Made by a program: the position numbers and the translations under genes. Under the pieces are notes generated by a model that did not search any database, was not told where the DNA came from, and saw only the letters and a program-made list of their open reading frames with translations. A stretch of 64,000 bases of DNA. Origin: Malacoraja senta (taxonomy: Eukaryota). Shown piece after piece: positions 49,365 to 62,228 of the stretch. The DNA lies in the NCBI GenBank assembly GCA_038087875.1, contig CM075993.1, positions 9,736,001 through 9,800,000 of the forward strand. Reading direction: 5' to 3'. Every line of letters begins with the position of its first letter. Position 1 is the stretch's first letter.

Positions 49365-52300
49365 TTTTTTTATTTTTATTTTTATTTTTTTATTTTATTT
49401 ATTAGAAGTACATTACATTACAACCAATTACACTAGTACTCATCACATATATCTTATTATAATTAATGTACTCCATTTATTTTCTACACTAATAAAGGGA
49501 AAGGATAAGATTGAGAGAAAGAAGAAAGTGAAGGAAAAAAAGTTGTAAAAAACGTGACAACAAAAAAACAAAAACAAAAAAAGACAAAGACCCTATAAGA
49601 AAGAAATTAAACACAAGAGGAAAGAGTTAAGAAATAGACCCTAAAACAGAAGAAAAAAGAGAAAGAGGGAAAAGAGAAAAACAGATATTTTTTTTGTAAG
49701 CATCACGCAAATGGGACATACCAACTCTCCAGCTTTCATCCCCCCTTACCTGACCTCAGTTTTTTTTTTGTACTTTTGCACCCTATACTTGTAATAATTC
49801 TATAAATGCAGACCACATCAGGTGGAAGTGATCTGGTTTACCTGCCAGGAGGAGTCTTATCTCTTCTAGGTGTAATGTTTCGAACATATTTGAAATCCAC
49901 ATGTTTATAGTTGGTATTGGAGCGTTTTTCCAGAATTTTAGGATTAACTTTTTTCCAGTTATTAACCCATAGTCTATTAATTTCTTTTGGAACACATTTA
50001 GTTCTGGGCTATCTTCCTTTGTTCCAAAGATAATCCATTCTGCTTTGGGTATCAGTTTAATTTTAAATAATTTTGTAAAAAGTTCAAAAATTTCAATCCA
50101 AAATTTTTGAATTTTTGTACAGAAAACAAATGAGTGCGCTATAGTAGCTTCTTGAGATTGACATTAATCACAAATTGATGATACATTTGGGAATATTTTA
50201 TTGATTTTAGTTTTAGAATAATATAATCTATGTAAAATTTTAAATTGTATTAAAGTGTGTCTTACATTAATCGAACATTTATGCACGTTTAATAAATATT
50301 CATTCCACCTTTCCTTTGAAATTTTAATAGCTAATTCTTGTTCCCAGTCTCTTCTAATACCTTCCGTAGATGGTATTTCTACATTTAAAATAATATTATA
50401 CAAATATGATATTAAGTTTGCTGATTCAGCTTTTATCTGCATTGCTTCATCCAATACATCTGTTGAGGTATTATGATGATCTTTTGTATATTTTTTTAAA
50501 TAGTCACATATTTGAAAATATTTAAAGTATTGATTATTTCCGAGTTTATATTTTATTTGTAATTGTTGGAATGATAGTAATTTTCCAGTTTCGTACAAGT
50601 CACCGAACGTTTTAATTCCTAGTCTATCCCATTGTATGAAAGATTTGTCTGTAATAGAGGGATTGAATAAATGGTTATTAATTATGGGAGATAAAAGCGA
50701 TAAATTTCTTAATTTTACAGTTCCTCTCATATCATCCTTTTATTAAATACTAGACCAAGTGCAGACCCGTTGGGTCTGCACTTCTTTGTTTTATTTGTTT
50801 CCAAGTTCTAATTGTGCTATGTATAATTGGGTTTTTGTTATAATTTATGTTATTCAGTTTCATTGGTGAGAGAAGGATCGCTCCAATGTTTCCAGAGGAG
50901 CAGTCCTCTCTCTCCATTACAATCCAGTCCACTTGCTGGGCAGAGTTGTCCATCAGTTGAATCATATTTTTAATATTTACTGACCAATAGTAATACATGA
51001 AATTAGGGAGTGCTAAGCCCCCTAATACTTTAGCTTTGTTCAAGTGTGTTCTTTGTATTCTATGTGATTTATAGTCCCATATAAAATTCGTAATGTCTGA
51101 ATCCATTTTTAAAAAAAACTTCTTTGGTAGGTATATAGGAATCGATTGAAATAGGTATAAAATTTGTGGTAAAAAGATCATTTTTATTGCATTTATTCGG
51201 CCTATTAAAGACATCGGGAGCGTTTTCTAAAATTTAATTCGTGTATTTAATTTATTAAGTAAGGGATCAAAATTTGCTTTAAACATGCCTTGATATGTTC
51301 TAGTGATTTCGATTCCCAAGTATTTAACTTTTTCTGTAGCTATTTTAAAAGGGAATTTTAAAAGATGTGTTGAGTCTTTCGGTTTTATTGACATAATTTC
51401 ACTTTTATTCCAGTTTATTCTATATCCAGAAAAGGATCCAAAATCCTCAATTAAGTTTAATATATTTGGTATAGTAATTTGAGGTTTTGTAATGTACAGT
51501 AATATATCATCCGCGTATAAAGATATTTTATTATTTGAATATTTAGTATTATACCCATGGATATCAGGGTGTGTTTTAATTTTTTCTGCTAACGGTTCAA
51601 TTATGAGAGCAAACAACTGTGGTGATAATGAGCATCCTTGTCTATTTCCCCTTGATAGTTGAAATTTCGAGGATAATATGTTATTAGTTAATATTCTAGC
51701 TGTAGGTTTATTATATAATAGTTTAATCCATAAAATAAAATTCTCTCCCAGTTGGAATTTTTGTAATACTTTATCCATATAATTCCATTCTACTTGGTCA
51801 AATGCTTTTTCAGCGTCCAACGAGATGATTGATAATTCTTGTTCTTCAGATTTATGTGAATGCATTATATTGAGTAGACGTCTCATATTATTAGATGAGT
51901 ATCTTTTAGGGATAAACCCAGTCTGATCTGGGTTTATTAGTTTGCTAATTAGTTTGCTAATATATTTACTTAATCTTCTAGCTAGTGTTTTCGCTAATAT
52001 TTTTTGATCTGTGTTTAACATATGAACCCGGTTCTTCTATATCTTTGTCTTTTTTAAGTATTAGTGTGATCGTTGATTCAGCTAGTGTATCAGGTAATAT
52101 TTGTTTTTTAAAAGCATATTGGTACATTTTTTGTAATTGGTATAATTATGTCGTAGAAGCTTTTATAAAATTCATTAGTAAATCCATCAGGACCTGATGT
52201 TTTTCCATCCTATAATGAGTTTATTGTATCTTCTAATTCCTTAAATGAGATTTGTGCTCCCAGTTCCTCTTGTTCCTTCAACTCCAACTTTGGAAGCTTA

Positions 52301-55300
52301 CAATTATCCAAAAACTCTGTAATTTTATAGGAGTCAGTTGTCGTTTTAGATGTATACAAATTCTCATAAAATTGCGCAAATCTTTTATTAATATCCTTCG
52401 GTATGGTTAATAATTCCCCTCTATCTGATTTAATCTTTGGGATCGTATGTTCTTTTTCTCGTTTTTTTAGCTGGCGAGCCAAAAGTTTATGCGGTTTATC
52501 CCCAAATTCAAAGTGCTCTTGTTTTGTAATTTGAAAAAGTCTTATAAGTTTGGCTGATAATAGTTTATTTAATTTAAATTTTAAAATTATTATTTTATTA
52601 TGTTTATCTATTGATGGATCTTTAGCATTGTCTATATCCATTTGTCTAATAAGTTCCTCTAACTGTCTTTGTTCATTCTTATTCTTTTTATTTTGAAAAG
52701 CTTGATATGAAATTATAATACCTCTAATGTATGCTTTAAAATATTCCCATAATACAGTAGGCGATATATCTGGAGTGTCACTTATTTCAAAAAAGGCGTC
52801 CATTTGTTCTTTTAAATATATACTCGCTTGTGGATCTTTTAGGATGTGAGAATTAAATCTCCAAAACGGTTTATTCTTAGACATTCCTTCCAGTTTTAAA
52901 AAGAAAGTTAGTGGTGAATGGTCTGAAATCGAATTTGTAGGTATGTTGGGTTAAAAGTATGAGGGATTAATTTTGTGTCCACCAGGAAATAATCTATACG
53001 TGAGTATGTTTTGTGTACCATTGGATAAAACGAGTATTCCCTGCCAGTTGCATTAACAATTCTCCAAACATCTGCTATATTAGTATTGTTTATATAAGTA
53101 TTTAAAAATTCGTTTTAGATTTCGTATTCCCTCTCTGTTTTTGGCTTGATTTATCTAAATACGGATCTAAAACACAGTTAAAGTCTCCTCCTATTATAAC
53201 ATTTTGATAATTAAACTCTGCGATTATGTTCAGAATTTTATTGAAAAAATGCGGGTTGTCAAAGTTAGGCACGTATATATTTACCAAGGTAATTGGAGTA
53301 TCATGAATTTCTCCATTAACTATTAAGTATCTCCCTTCAATGTCTGTTATAGTATTCTTTGCTTTGAATGGTATACCTTTTCTTATAATGATTGACGTAC
53401 CTCTAGATTTCGAAGTAAATGAAGAGTGGTATGTTTGACCTATCCATTTCGCCCTCAACCTAGCTTGATCCTGAGATTTTAGATGAGTTTCTTGTAAGAA
53501 GATAATGTCAGAATTGTACAGTTTCAGCTGAGCTAGTATCTTAGCCCTTTTAATAGGTTCGTTAATACCTCTTATATTCCAACTACAGAATGAGACTCCT
53601 CCTAGGTTCTTTTGTTTAGCATCTTGCATTTTGAATAATTATAGTACCTTTAAATCTTGTGGTGCGTCCATATCCCAGGTCTTTGGGTATTGGGGGAAGC
53701 TTTGAATTTCTAAGTTTTGTTGGCATATCCCGTTTACGCTTATCTCTAAACACAAAACACAAACATGTGAATTTATGTGATAATAAAAAAATAAATTTAA
53801 AAAAAGTGAAAATACAGTGTCTAAAATAGTCGACACTGTAACAAGTGGCCCACCTGTAGGTGGGAGAAAACCTTGTTTCGACTTCCATTGTTGGTGTTAA
53901 ACAAATAACTCCGCTCTCTTGATTAATCATAACATATTAGAACGGGGCCTCACATTCAGATATATAATACAATTTTACCCTATATATTTCATTATAACAT
54001 ATCATATATATATTGCAATTTTAGCTACTAATTATTAAACAAATGATTTTAGCTTCAGTAATAGTCAACTGTTGGTTGAAGGGGTTAACGAGACGCGCCC
54101 CTGGACCTAAGCCAGGTGCTCGTTTCTCATCCCCTCCTCCCAATTATAGATAAGGTTTAAATTTAATAAAAATTCATATTAGTTTTGTTAGTTCATTATT
54201 TTTTATTTTTATTAGCGTCCGTAGCTATTCTAATCTAACATAGATAACTTGTTAAATTATTAGGTTGTTAATAGGATAAAATCTTACAATTGGATTTATT
54301 ATTGTAGTCTATTAAACAAATAATGCTTCTGGTATATTCCATACAGTTCAGTTCAGCTGTTTACTCGTTTTGAACAAAGAGTGTCCTTGATTCAAAATTC
54401 CATAGATAACAGTCTATCCATCCTAAACAAAACACTGCTTGGAATGGCTCTAATCTGCCAAACCTCCATTAACCGTGGAATTCTAGTTTTTTAGAATTAA
54501 TTCATACTATTAATTTCTATTTTTCAACGATGCTCTGGGCATATTTGAACGCTTCCTCAGGTTTTACAAATGACTTTTCAAAACCATTAAAAGAAATACG
54601 CATTTTGGCTGGATAAAAAACACCGAATCTGACACCTTGTTTCCCTCTTAAAAGCTCTTTAGCCTTCCCGAATTGATTTCTCTTTTGCACAATTTCATAC
54701 GGATAGTCCCTGAATATTTTGATAATGTCATTGTCCATCCGTAGTTGCACTCCATATTTGATTTTGCTCATGACATCTTCCAGTTCTGAAATGTCCCGAA
54801 ATTTCACAATAATATGTCGTGGGTGGGTTTTTCCAGCTTCAGATCTCTGTTTAAATCTTGGAACACGATGAGCCACTTCAATTTTCGGTTCTTTGGAAAG
54901 ATTAAGCAAATGTTTAAGTAAGCCCATGGCAAACTCACGAACGTCCTTTCCCTCGGTTCCCTCTGAGACTCCAAGAATTCTCAAATTCTGGCGTCTAGAG
55001 CGAGCTTCCAGGTCCAGGCTTTTGTCTGAGACTTTCCCCAATTGAGTCACCATCTGTACTGAAGTTTGCTCATATTCTTGCTTCCTTTGATCATGTTCTT
55101 GCCTCATTTTCACCATTTCAACCACTCGAGCCATATTTTTCTCCAATTCCGTAATTGTAGCCATACTTGCAGCTACTGTTTCAAGCACAGCCGTGAACCT
55201 GTCCGTAGTCATTTTTTCCATCTTGTCCATTCTCCCCGATAGTCCATCTTTCACATCATCAATTTGTTTATTTATAGTGTCCAGTGAATCAGCCACCTTC

Positions 55301-55347
55301 TGATTACCAGCGTTCGAACCCTTCATCATCTTTTCAATTTTTTCCAT
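49365..55347 (-). mobile_element. Near-full-length L1-clade LINE (ORF1 plus disrupted ORF2); 5' end lost in the assembly gap
   Basis: ORF1 54517-55347 (LEARSRRQNLRILGV). ORF2 endonuclease 53102-53629 (SWNIRG, FLQETH, GGDFN), RT 51227-52021 (DAEKAFD, RQGCSLSP, YADD) and C-terminus to 49783. A-rich tail at about 49365-49400. Confidence 0.93.
54517..55347 (-). CDS. L1 ORF1p (coiled coil plus RRM/CTD, transposase_22-like); open up to the gap
   Basis: 276-aa uninterrupted ORF with L1 ORF1 motifs RRQNLRI, AHRV and IFRDY. Confidence 0.8.
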   Translation of the reverse strand: MEKIEKMMKGSNAGNQKVADSLDTINKQIDDVKDGLSGRMDKMEKMTTDRFTAVLETVAASMATITELEKNMARVVEMVKMRQEHDQRKQEYEQTSVQMVTQLGKVSDKSLDLEARSRRQNLRILGVSEGTEGKDVREFAMGLLKHLLNLSKEPKIEVAHRVPRFKQRSEAGKTHPRHIIVKFRDISELEDVMSKIKYGVQLRMDNDIIKIFRDYPYEIVQKRNQFGKAKELLRGKQGVRFGVFYPAKMRISFNGFEKSFVKPEEAFKYAQSIVEK

Positions 55348-55548
55348 CNNNNNNNNNNNNNNNNNNNNNNNNNNNNNNNNNNNNNNNNNNNNNNNNNNNN
55401 NNNNNNNNNNNNNNNNNNNNNNNNNNNNNNNNNNNNNNNNNNNNNNNNNNNNNNNNNNNNNNNNNNNNNNNNNNNNNNNNNNNNNNNNNNNNNNNNNNNN
55501 NNNNNNNNNNNNNNNNNNNNNNNNNNNNNNNNNNNNNNNNNNNNNNNN
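55348..55548. other. Assembly gap (N run)
   Basis: Run of n characters. Confidence 1.
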
Positions 55549-55880
55549 GGCACAGTGGTAGAGTTGCTGCCTTACAGCACCAGAGATTCAGATTCAATCC
55601 TGACTACGGGTGCTTGTCTGTATGAAGTTTGCACATTCTCCCTGTGACCTGCGTGGGTTTTCTCTGGGTGCTCCGGTTTCCTCCCATGCTCCAAAGACGT
55701 GCAGGTTTGTTGGTTAATTGGCTTTGGTAAAAATATAAATTGTCCCTAGTGTGTGTCGGATAGTTTAAGTGTGCGGGGATCGCTGGTCGACGCGGACTTG
55801 GTGGACCGAAGGGTCTGTTTCCGTACTGTATCTCTAAACTACGCTAAAGTACACTGAACTAAACCTAAACTAAACTAAAG
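55549..55880 (+). mobile_element. HE1/V-SINE
   Basis: tRNA-like head ggcacagtggtagagttgctgcc...gattcaatcc, V-domain gggtgctccggtttcctccca and a CR1-like tail with (ctaaa)n. Confidence 0.85.
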
Positions 55881-57290
55881 CATCACTAGTTAAGTAGATG
55901 AACTGAAGCTTTCATTGACACAGGGGTCTACAACATTGTGACCATGACTGAGACATGGTTGATGAATGGGCAGGACTGGCATGCCAATATCCCAGGGGGT
56001 AAAATGTTCAGGGGAGATAGAGGAGGCAGTAAAAAGGGGCAGAAATGTTGCACTGTTAACCAAGGATCGCATTACCTCAGTCTTGAGGGAGGATATCTGA
56101 GAAAACACCTGAACTAAGGCCAACTGGGCAGAGATTGGGAATAAAAATGATACTGTCACCTTGTTAGGAGGTGTATTGCAGACCACTGAACAGTCAACAG
56201 GAGATGCAATGTCATATACGGAGGCAGAAATCAGAGAGATGAAATAAAAGTAGGTTATTATACTACACAATTTCAATTTCCCACACATTAATTGAGATTG
56301 CTTTAGTGTTAAAGGCTCAGAGGAGGTGGGATTTTTGAGGTAGATTCAGGAGACATTTTTAACACCTTATGTAGATAATCCAACAAGGGAACCATGTGAC
56401 TGGCCATTATGTTGGGGAATGTAGCCAGTTACAGTGCATTCAGAAAGTATTCAGACCGCTTCACTTTCTCCACATTTTGTTACGTTACAGCCTTATTCTA
56501 AAATGGATTAAATTATTTTTTTTATCAACAAACTACACACAATACACCATAATAAAAAAGCAAAAACAGCTGTTTAGAAATGTTTGCAAAGTAACTAAAA
56601 AGAAATAACTGAAATATCACATTTACATATGTATTCAGACCCTTTACTCAGTACTTTGTTGCACCTTTGGCAGTGATTACAGCCTCAAGTCTTCTTGCGT
56701 ATGACACTACAAGCTTGGCACACCTGTATTTGGGTAATTTCTCCCATTCTTCTCTGCAGATCCTCTCACGCTCTGTCAGGTTGGATGGGGAGCGTCGATG
56801 CACAGCTATTTTCAGGTCCCTCCAGAGATGTTCGATCGGGTTCAAGTCCGGGCTCTGGCTGGGCCACTCAAGGACATTCACAGACATGTCACGAAGCTAC
56901 TCCTGCATTGTCTTGGCTGTGTGCTTAGGGTTGTTGCCCTGTTGGAAGGTGAACCTCTGCCCCAGTCTGAGGTTCGGAACGCTCTGGAGCAGGTTTTCAT
57001 CAAGGATCTCTCTGTACTTTGCTCCGTTCATCTTTCCCTCGATCCTGACTAGTCTCCCAGTTCCTGCCGCTGAAAAACATCCTCACAGCATGATGCTTCC
57101 ACCACCATGCTTCACCGTAGGTATGGTATTGGCCCGGTGATGAGCGGTGCCTGGTTTCCTCCAGACATGATGCTTGGCACTCAGGCCAAAAAGTTCAATC
57201 TTGGTTTCATCAGACCAGAGAATCTTGTTTCTCATGCCTTTTGGCAAACTCCAAGTGGGCTGTCATGTGCCTTTTACTGAGGTGTGGCTT

Positions 57291-58053
57291 CCATCTGAAT
57301 GGTGGCCGATTAGGAAAAGGGGAGATGCAACGAGATCTGGGTGTCATGGTACACCAGTCATTGAAAGTAGGCATGCAGGTGCAGCAGGCAGTGAAGAAAG
57401 CGAATGGTATGTTAGCCTTGATAGCAAAAGGATTTGAGTATAAGAGCAGGGAGGTTCTACTGCAGTTGTACAGGGTCTTGGTGAGACCACACCTGGAGTA
57501 TTGCGTACAGTTTTGGTCTCCTAATCTGAGGAAAGACATTCTTGCCATAGAGGGAGTACAGAGAAGGTTCACCAGACTGATTCCTGAGATGTCAGGACTT
57601 TCATATGAAGAAAGACTGGATAGACTCGGCTTGTACTCGCTAGAATTTAGAAGATTGAGGGGGGATCTTATAGAAACTTACAAAATTCTTAAGGGGTTGG
57701 ACAGGCTAGATGCAGGAAGATTATTCCCGATGTTGGGGAAGTCCAGAGCAAGGGGTCACAGTTTAAGGATAAGGGGGAAGTCTTTTAGGACCGAGATGAG
57801 AAAATCATTTTTTACACAGAGAGTGGTGAATCTGTGGAATTCTCTGCCACAGAAGGTAGTTGAGGCCAGTTCATTGGCTATATTTAAGAGGGAGTTAGAT
57901 GTGGCCCTTGTGGCTAAAGGGATCAGGGGGTATGGAGAGAAGGTAGGTACAGGATACTGAGTTGGATGATCAGCCATGATCATATTGAATGGCGGTGCAG
58001 GCTCAAAGGGCCGAATGGCCTACTGCACCTATTTTCTATGTTTCTATGTTTCT
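57291..58053 (+). mobile_element. Young CR1 3' fragment inside the Tc1 transposase
   Basis: Open ORF to 57960 ([15 protein letters not shown]); tail tttctatgtttctatg. Confidence 0.92.
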
Positions 58054-58754
58054 AACTCTACCATAAAGGCCTGATTGGTGGAGTGCTGCAGATATAGTTG
58101 TTCTTCTGGAAGGTTCTCCTATCTCCACAGAGGAACTGGAGCTCTGTCAGTGACCATCAGGTTCTTGGTCACCTCCCTGACCAAGGCCTTTCTCCCCCGA
58201 TTGCTCAGTTTGGCCGGGCGACAAGCTCTATGAAAATGTGCGGCTATTACCTGGTGGTTCCAAAGTTCTTCCCTCTAAGAATGACAGAGGCCACTGTGCT
58301 CTTCGGGACCTGCAATGCTGCAGAAATTGTTTTATACCCTTCCCCAGATCTGTGTCTCGACACAATCCTGTCTCGGAGGTCTACGGACAATTCCTTCATC
58401 TTCATGGGTTGGTTTTTGCTCTGACATGCACTGTCAACTGTGGGACCTTATATAGACAGGTGTGTGCCTTTCCAAATCATGTCCAATCAATTTAATTTAC
58501 CACTGGTGGACTCCAATCACGTTGTAGAAACATCTCAAGGATAATCAATGGAAACAGGATGAACCTAAGCTCAATTTTGAGTGTCACAGCAAAGGGTCTG
58601 AATACTTATGTAAATGTGATATGTCAGTTATTTATTTTTAATTACTTTGCAAAAATTTCTAAACACCTGTTTTGCTTCTTCGTTCTGGGGTATTGTGTGT
58701 AGATTGATGATTAATAAAAAAGAATTTAATCAATTTTAAAATAAGGCTGTAATG

Positions 58755-61607
58755 TATCTCTGGATTGCTACCAGTACCTCGTGCTAGTAAGGACAGGAAC
58801 AGGGAGATAGGGGATCTGAATGTGTGGCTGAGGGGCTGGTGCAGGGAGCAAGGATTTAGATTTATAGATCACTGGGATCTCCTCTGGGGTAGTGGTGACC
58901 TGTACAAAAGGGACGGGTTACACGTTAACTGGAGGGGGACCGACATTCTGGCAGGCAGGTTTGCTAGGGCTACACGTGTGGGTTTAAACTAAATAGTGGG
59001 GGGAGGGATTGACAAATTGGGAGTATAAAGATGGAGTTGAAGGGGAAGTGAGTACAGGAACAATTACAAAAGATTCTCGAATTAATGGGAAGGAAAGTTC
59101 GAGAATGGATAAAAGAGTAAGGTCAGGGCCAATTGCGAGCGGTGCGAGGGGGGACGTGACTACGGAGGTCAAAGTGCTGTATATGAATGCGCGAAGCATA
59201 AGAAATAAAGTGGACGAGCTTGAGGCTCAGTTAGAAATTGGCAAGTATGATGTTGTGGGAATTACAGAGACATGGCTGCAAGAGGGCCAGGGCTGGGAAC
59301 TGAATATTCAAGGATATACCTCCTATCGAAAAGACAGACAGGTGGGCAGAGGGGGTGGGGTAGCTCTGTTGGTGAGAAATGAAATTCAGTCCCTTGCAAG
59401 GGGTGACATTGAAACAGATGTGGAGTCAGTATGGGTAGAACTAAGGAATTGTAAGGGTAAAAAGACCCTCGTGGGACTTAACTACAGGCCCCCAAACAGT
59501 AGCCTGGACATAGGGCGCAAGTTGAATCAGGAGTTAAAATTGGCATGTAGCAAAGGTAATGCTGTGGTTATTATGGGAGATTTCAACATGCAGGTAGACT
59601 GGGAAAATCAGGTTGATACTGGACCCCAAGAAAGGGACTTTGTAGAGTGCCTCCGTGAGATTCTTAGAGCAGCTTGTATTGGAGCCTACCAGGGAGAAGG
59701 CAAATCTGGATTTAGTGTTACGTAAATGAACCAGATTTGATAAAGGAACTTGAGGTTAATGAGCCATTAGGAGGCAGTGACCATAACATGGTCAGGTTTA
59801 AATCTACAATTGGCGAGGGAGAAGGGTAGATCAGAGGTGTCAGTGTTACAGTTGAATAAAGGGGACTAATGGGGCCATGAGGGAGGAGCTGGCCAAAGTT
59901 GACTGGAAAGATACACTAGCAGGGATGACAATGGAACAACAATGGCAGGTATTTCTAGGAATAATACAGAAGGTGCAGGATCAGTTCATTCCTAGGAGGA
60001 AGAAAGATTCCAAGGGGAGTAAGGGGCGACCGTGGCTGACAAGGGACGTCAGGGACAGTATACAAATAAAAGAGAAGAAATACAACGTAGCAAAGATGAG
60101 CGGGAAGCAAGAGGATTGGGTAACTCAGGATCAGTTCGTGTGGATTGGAGGGTAGCTAATCTTATCCCACTTTTTAAGAAAAGGCGGGAGACAGAAAACA
60201 GGGAATTATAGACCAGTTAGCCTGACATTGGTGGTGGGGAAGATGCTGGAGTCAATTATAAAAGATGAAATAGCCGCACATTTGGATAGCAGCAAACAGG
60301 ATCGGTCGGAGTCAGCATGGATTTACGAAGGGGAAATCATGCTTGACTAATCTTCTGGAATTTTTTGAGGATGTAACTAGGAAAATGGACAAGGGAGAGT
60401 CAGTGGATGTAGTGTACCTGGACTTTCAGAAAGCATTTGATAAGGTCCCACAAAGGAGATTAGTGGGCAAAATTAGGGCACATGGTATTGGGGGTAGAGT
60501 GCTGACATGGATAGAAAATTCGTTGGCAGACAGGAAACAAAGAGTAGGGATTAACGGGTCCCTTTCAGAATGGCAGGCAGTAACTAGTGGGGTACCGCAA
60601 GGCTCGGTGCTGGGTCCGCGGCTATTTACAATATGCATCAATGATTTGGATGAAGGGATTCAAAGTAACAAGAGCAAATTTGCAGATGACATAAAGCTGG
60701 GTGGCAGTGTGGACTGTGAGGAGGATGCTATGAGAATGCAGGGTGACTTGGACAGGTAGGGGGAGTGGGCAGATGAAGTTTAATGTGGGTAAACGTGAGG
60801 TTTTCCACTTTGGTATCAAAAACAGGAAGTCAGATTACTATCTAAATGGCGTCAAGTTGGGAAAAGGGGAAGTACAACAGGATCTGGGGGTCCTTGTTCA
60901 TCAGTCTATGAAAGTAAGCATGCAGGTACAGCAGGCAGTGAAGAAAGGCGAATGGCATGTTGGCCTTTATAACAAGAGGAGTCGAGTATAGGAGCAAAGA
61001 GGTCCTTCTGCAGTTGTACAGAGCCCTAGTGAGACCACACCTGGAGTATTGTGCGCAGTTTTGGTCCACTAATTTGAGGAAGGACATTCTTGCTATTGAG
61101 GGAGTGCAGTGTAGGTTTACAAGGTTAATTCCCGGGATGGCGGGACTGTCATATGCTGAGAGAATGGAGCGGCTGGGCTTGTACACTCTGGAGTTTAGAA
61201 GGATGAGAGGGAATCATATTGAAACATATAAGATTGTTAAGGGTTTGGACACGCTAGAGGCAGGAAACATGTTCCCGATGTTGGGGGAGTCCAGAACCAG
61301 TAACCACAGTTTAAGAATAAGGGTAAGCCATTTAGAACAGAGACGAGGAAACACTTTTTCTCACAGAGAGTTGTGAGTCTGTGGAATTCTCTGCCTCAGG
61401 AGGCGGTGGAGGCCAGTTCTCTGGATACTTTCAAGAGAGAGCTAGATAGGGCTCTTAAAGATAGCGGAGTCAGGGGATATGGGGAGAAGGCAGGAACGGG
61501 GTACTGATTGGGGATGATCAGCCATGATCACATTGAATGGCGGTGCTGGCTCGAAGGGCCGAATGGCCTACCTCCTGCACCTATTGTCTATTGTCTATTG
61601 TCTATTG
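58755..61607 (+). mobile_element. CR1 LINE (ORF1 esterase end plus ORF2 EN/RT, frameshifted and internally deleted) inside the Tc1 TIR
   Basis: Contains YKRDGLHVN (SGNH-like), YMNARSI/ITETWL/MGDFN (endonuclease) and [22 protein letters not shown] (RT). Tail is (ttgtcta)n. Confidence 0.92.
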
Positions 61608-62228
61608 TAACAAAATGTGGAAAAAGTGAAGGGGTCTGAATACTTTCTGAATGCACTGTAAATAGAGGGTTGGAGATAGTGACCTGAGCTCACGTATTTT
61701 ACAGCTCGATGATAATTCAATGATACTTTATTGTCACATGTACCGAGGTACAGTGAAATGTGTTGTTTTGGATATAACCTGGTAAAATCTTACAGGAGAC
61801 CTCACCCAGGAGTCGCCATGTTTTATGGAAAGGAAAGGGATAGACTAGTAATAAAGGCAAATTTCAATAACATTGGGGAAGACCAGGCAAAGGAACATTG
61901 GGAGCAGCAGCTTTCAGGAAAGTCTACAACTGCCCAGTGAAAAGCATTGTGTTGTAACAAGGGTTGTTGGACAATTAAGGTGCCAGATGAACGGAGGCTG
62001 GCAAACATTGTCTCCACTTTTCAAGAAGGGCAGCAGGAAAGAAGAAACTACAGACCAGTGGGCCTAAAATCAGTGGTGGGAAAAATATTGGACACAATTT
62101 CAGAGGGAGAGGATTAGTGATCATTTGGAAAGAGTGGGACTGGCCAGAGGTGGTTAACGTGGCCTTGTCATGGACAGATTCTATTGATGGAGGCATGGAA
62201 TGGAATACTTTGTCACATGTGACAAGGC

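Larger units (their letters stand above)
56432..61658 (-). mobile_element. Tc1 DNA transposon (long TIRs) interrupted by two CR1 insertions
   Basis: TA-cagtgcattcagaaagtattcagacc ... ggtctgaatactttctgaatgcactg-TA. The transposase starts at 58405 (MKMKELSVDLRDRIV) and ends at 56648 (WPSQSPDLNPIEHLW). Confidence 0.92.

Noticed and set aside
55549..55620. tRNA gene
   Set aside because: The tRNA-like A/B boxes are the head of an HE1/V-SINE and no full cloverleaf is present.
55284..55625. ORFs spanning poly-X
   Set aside because: They are artefacts of the assembly gap.
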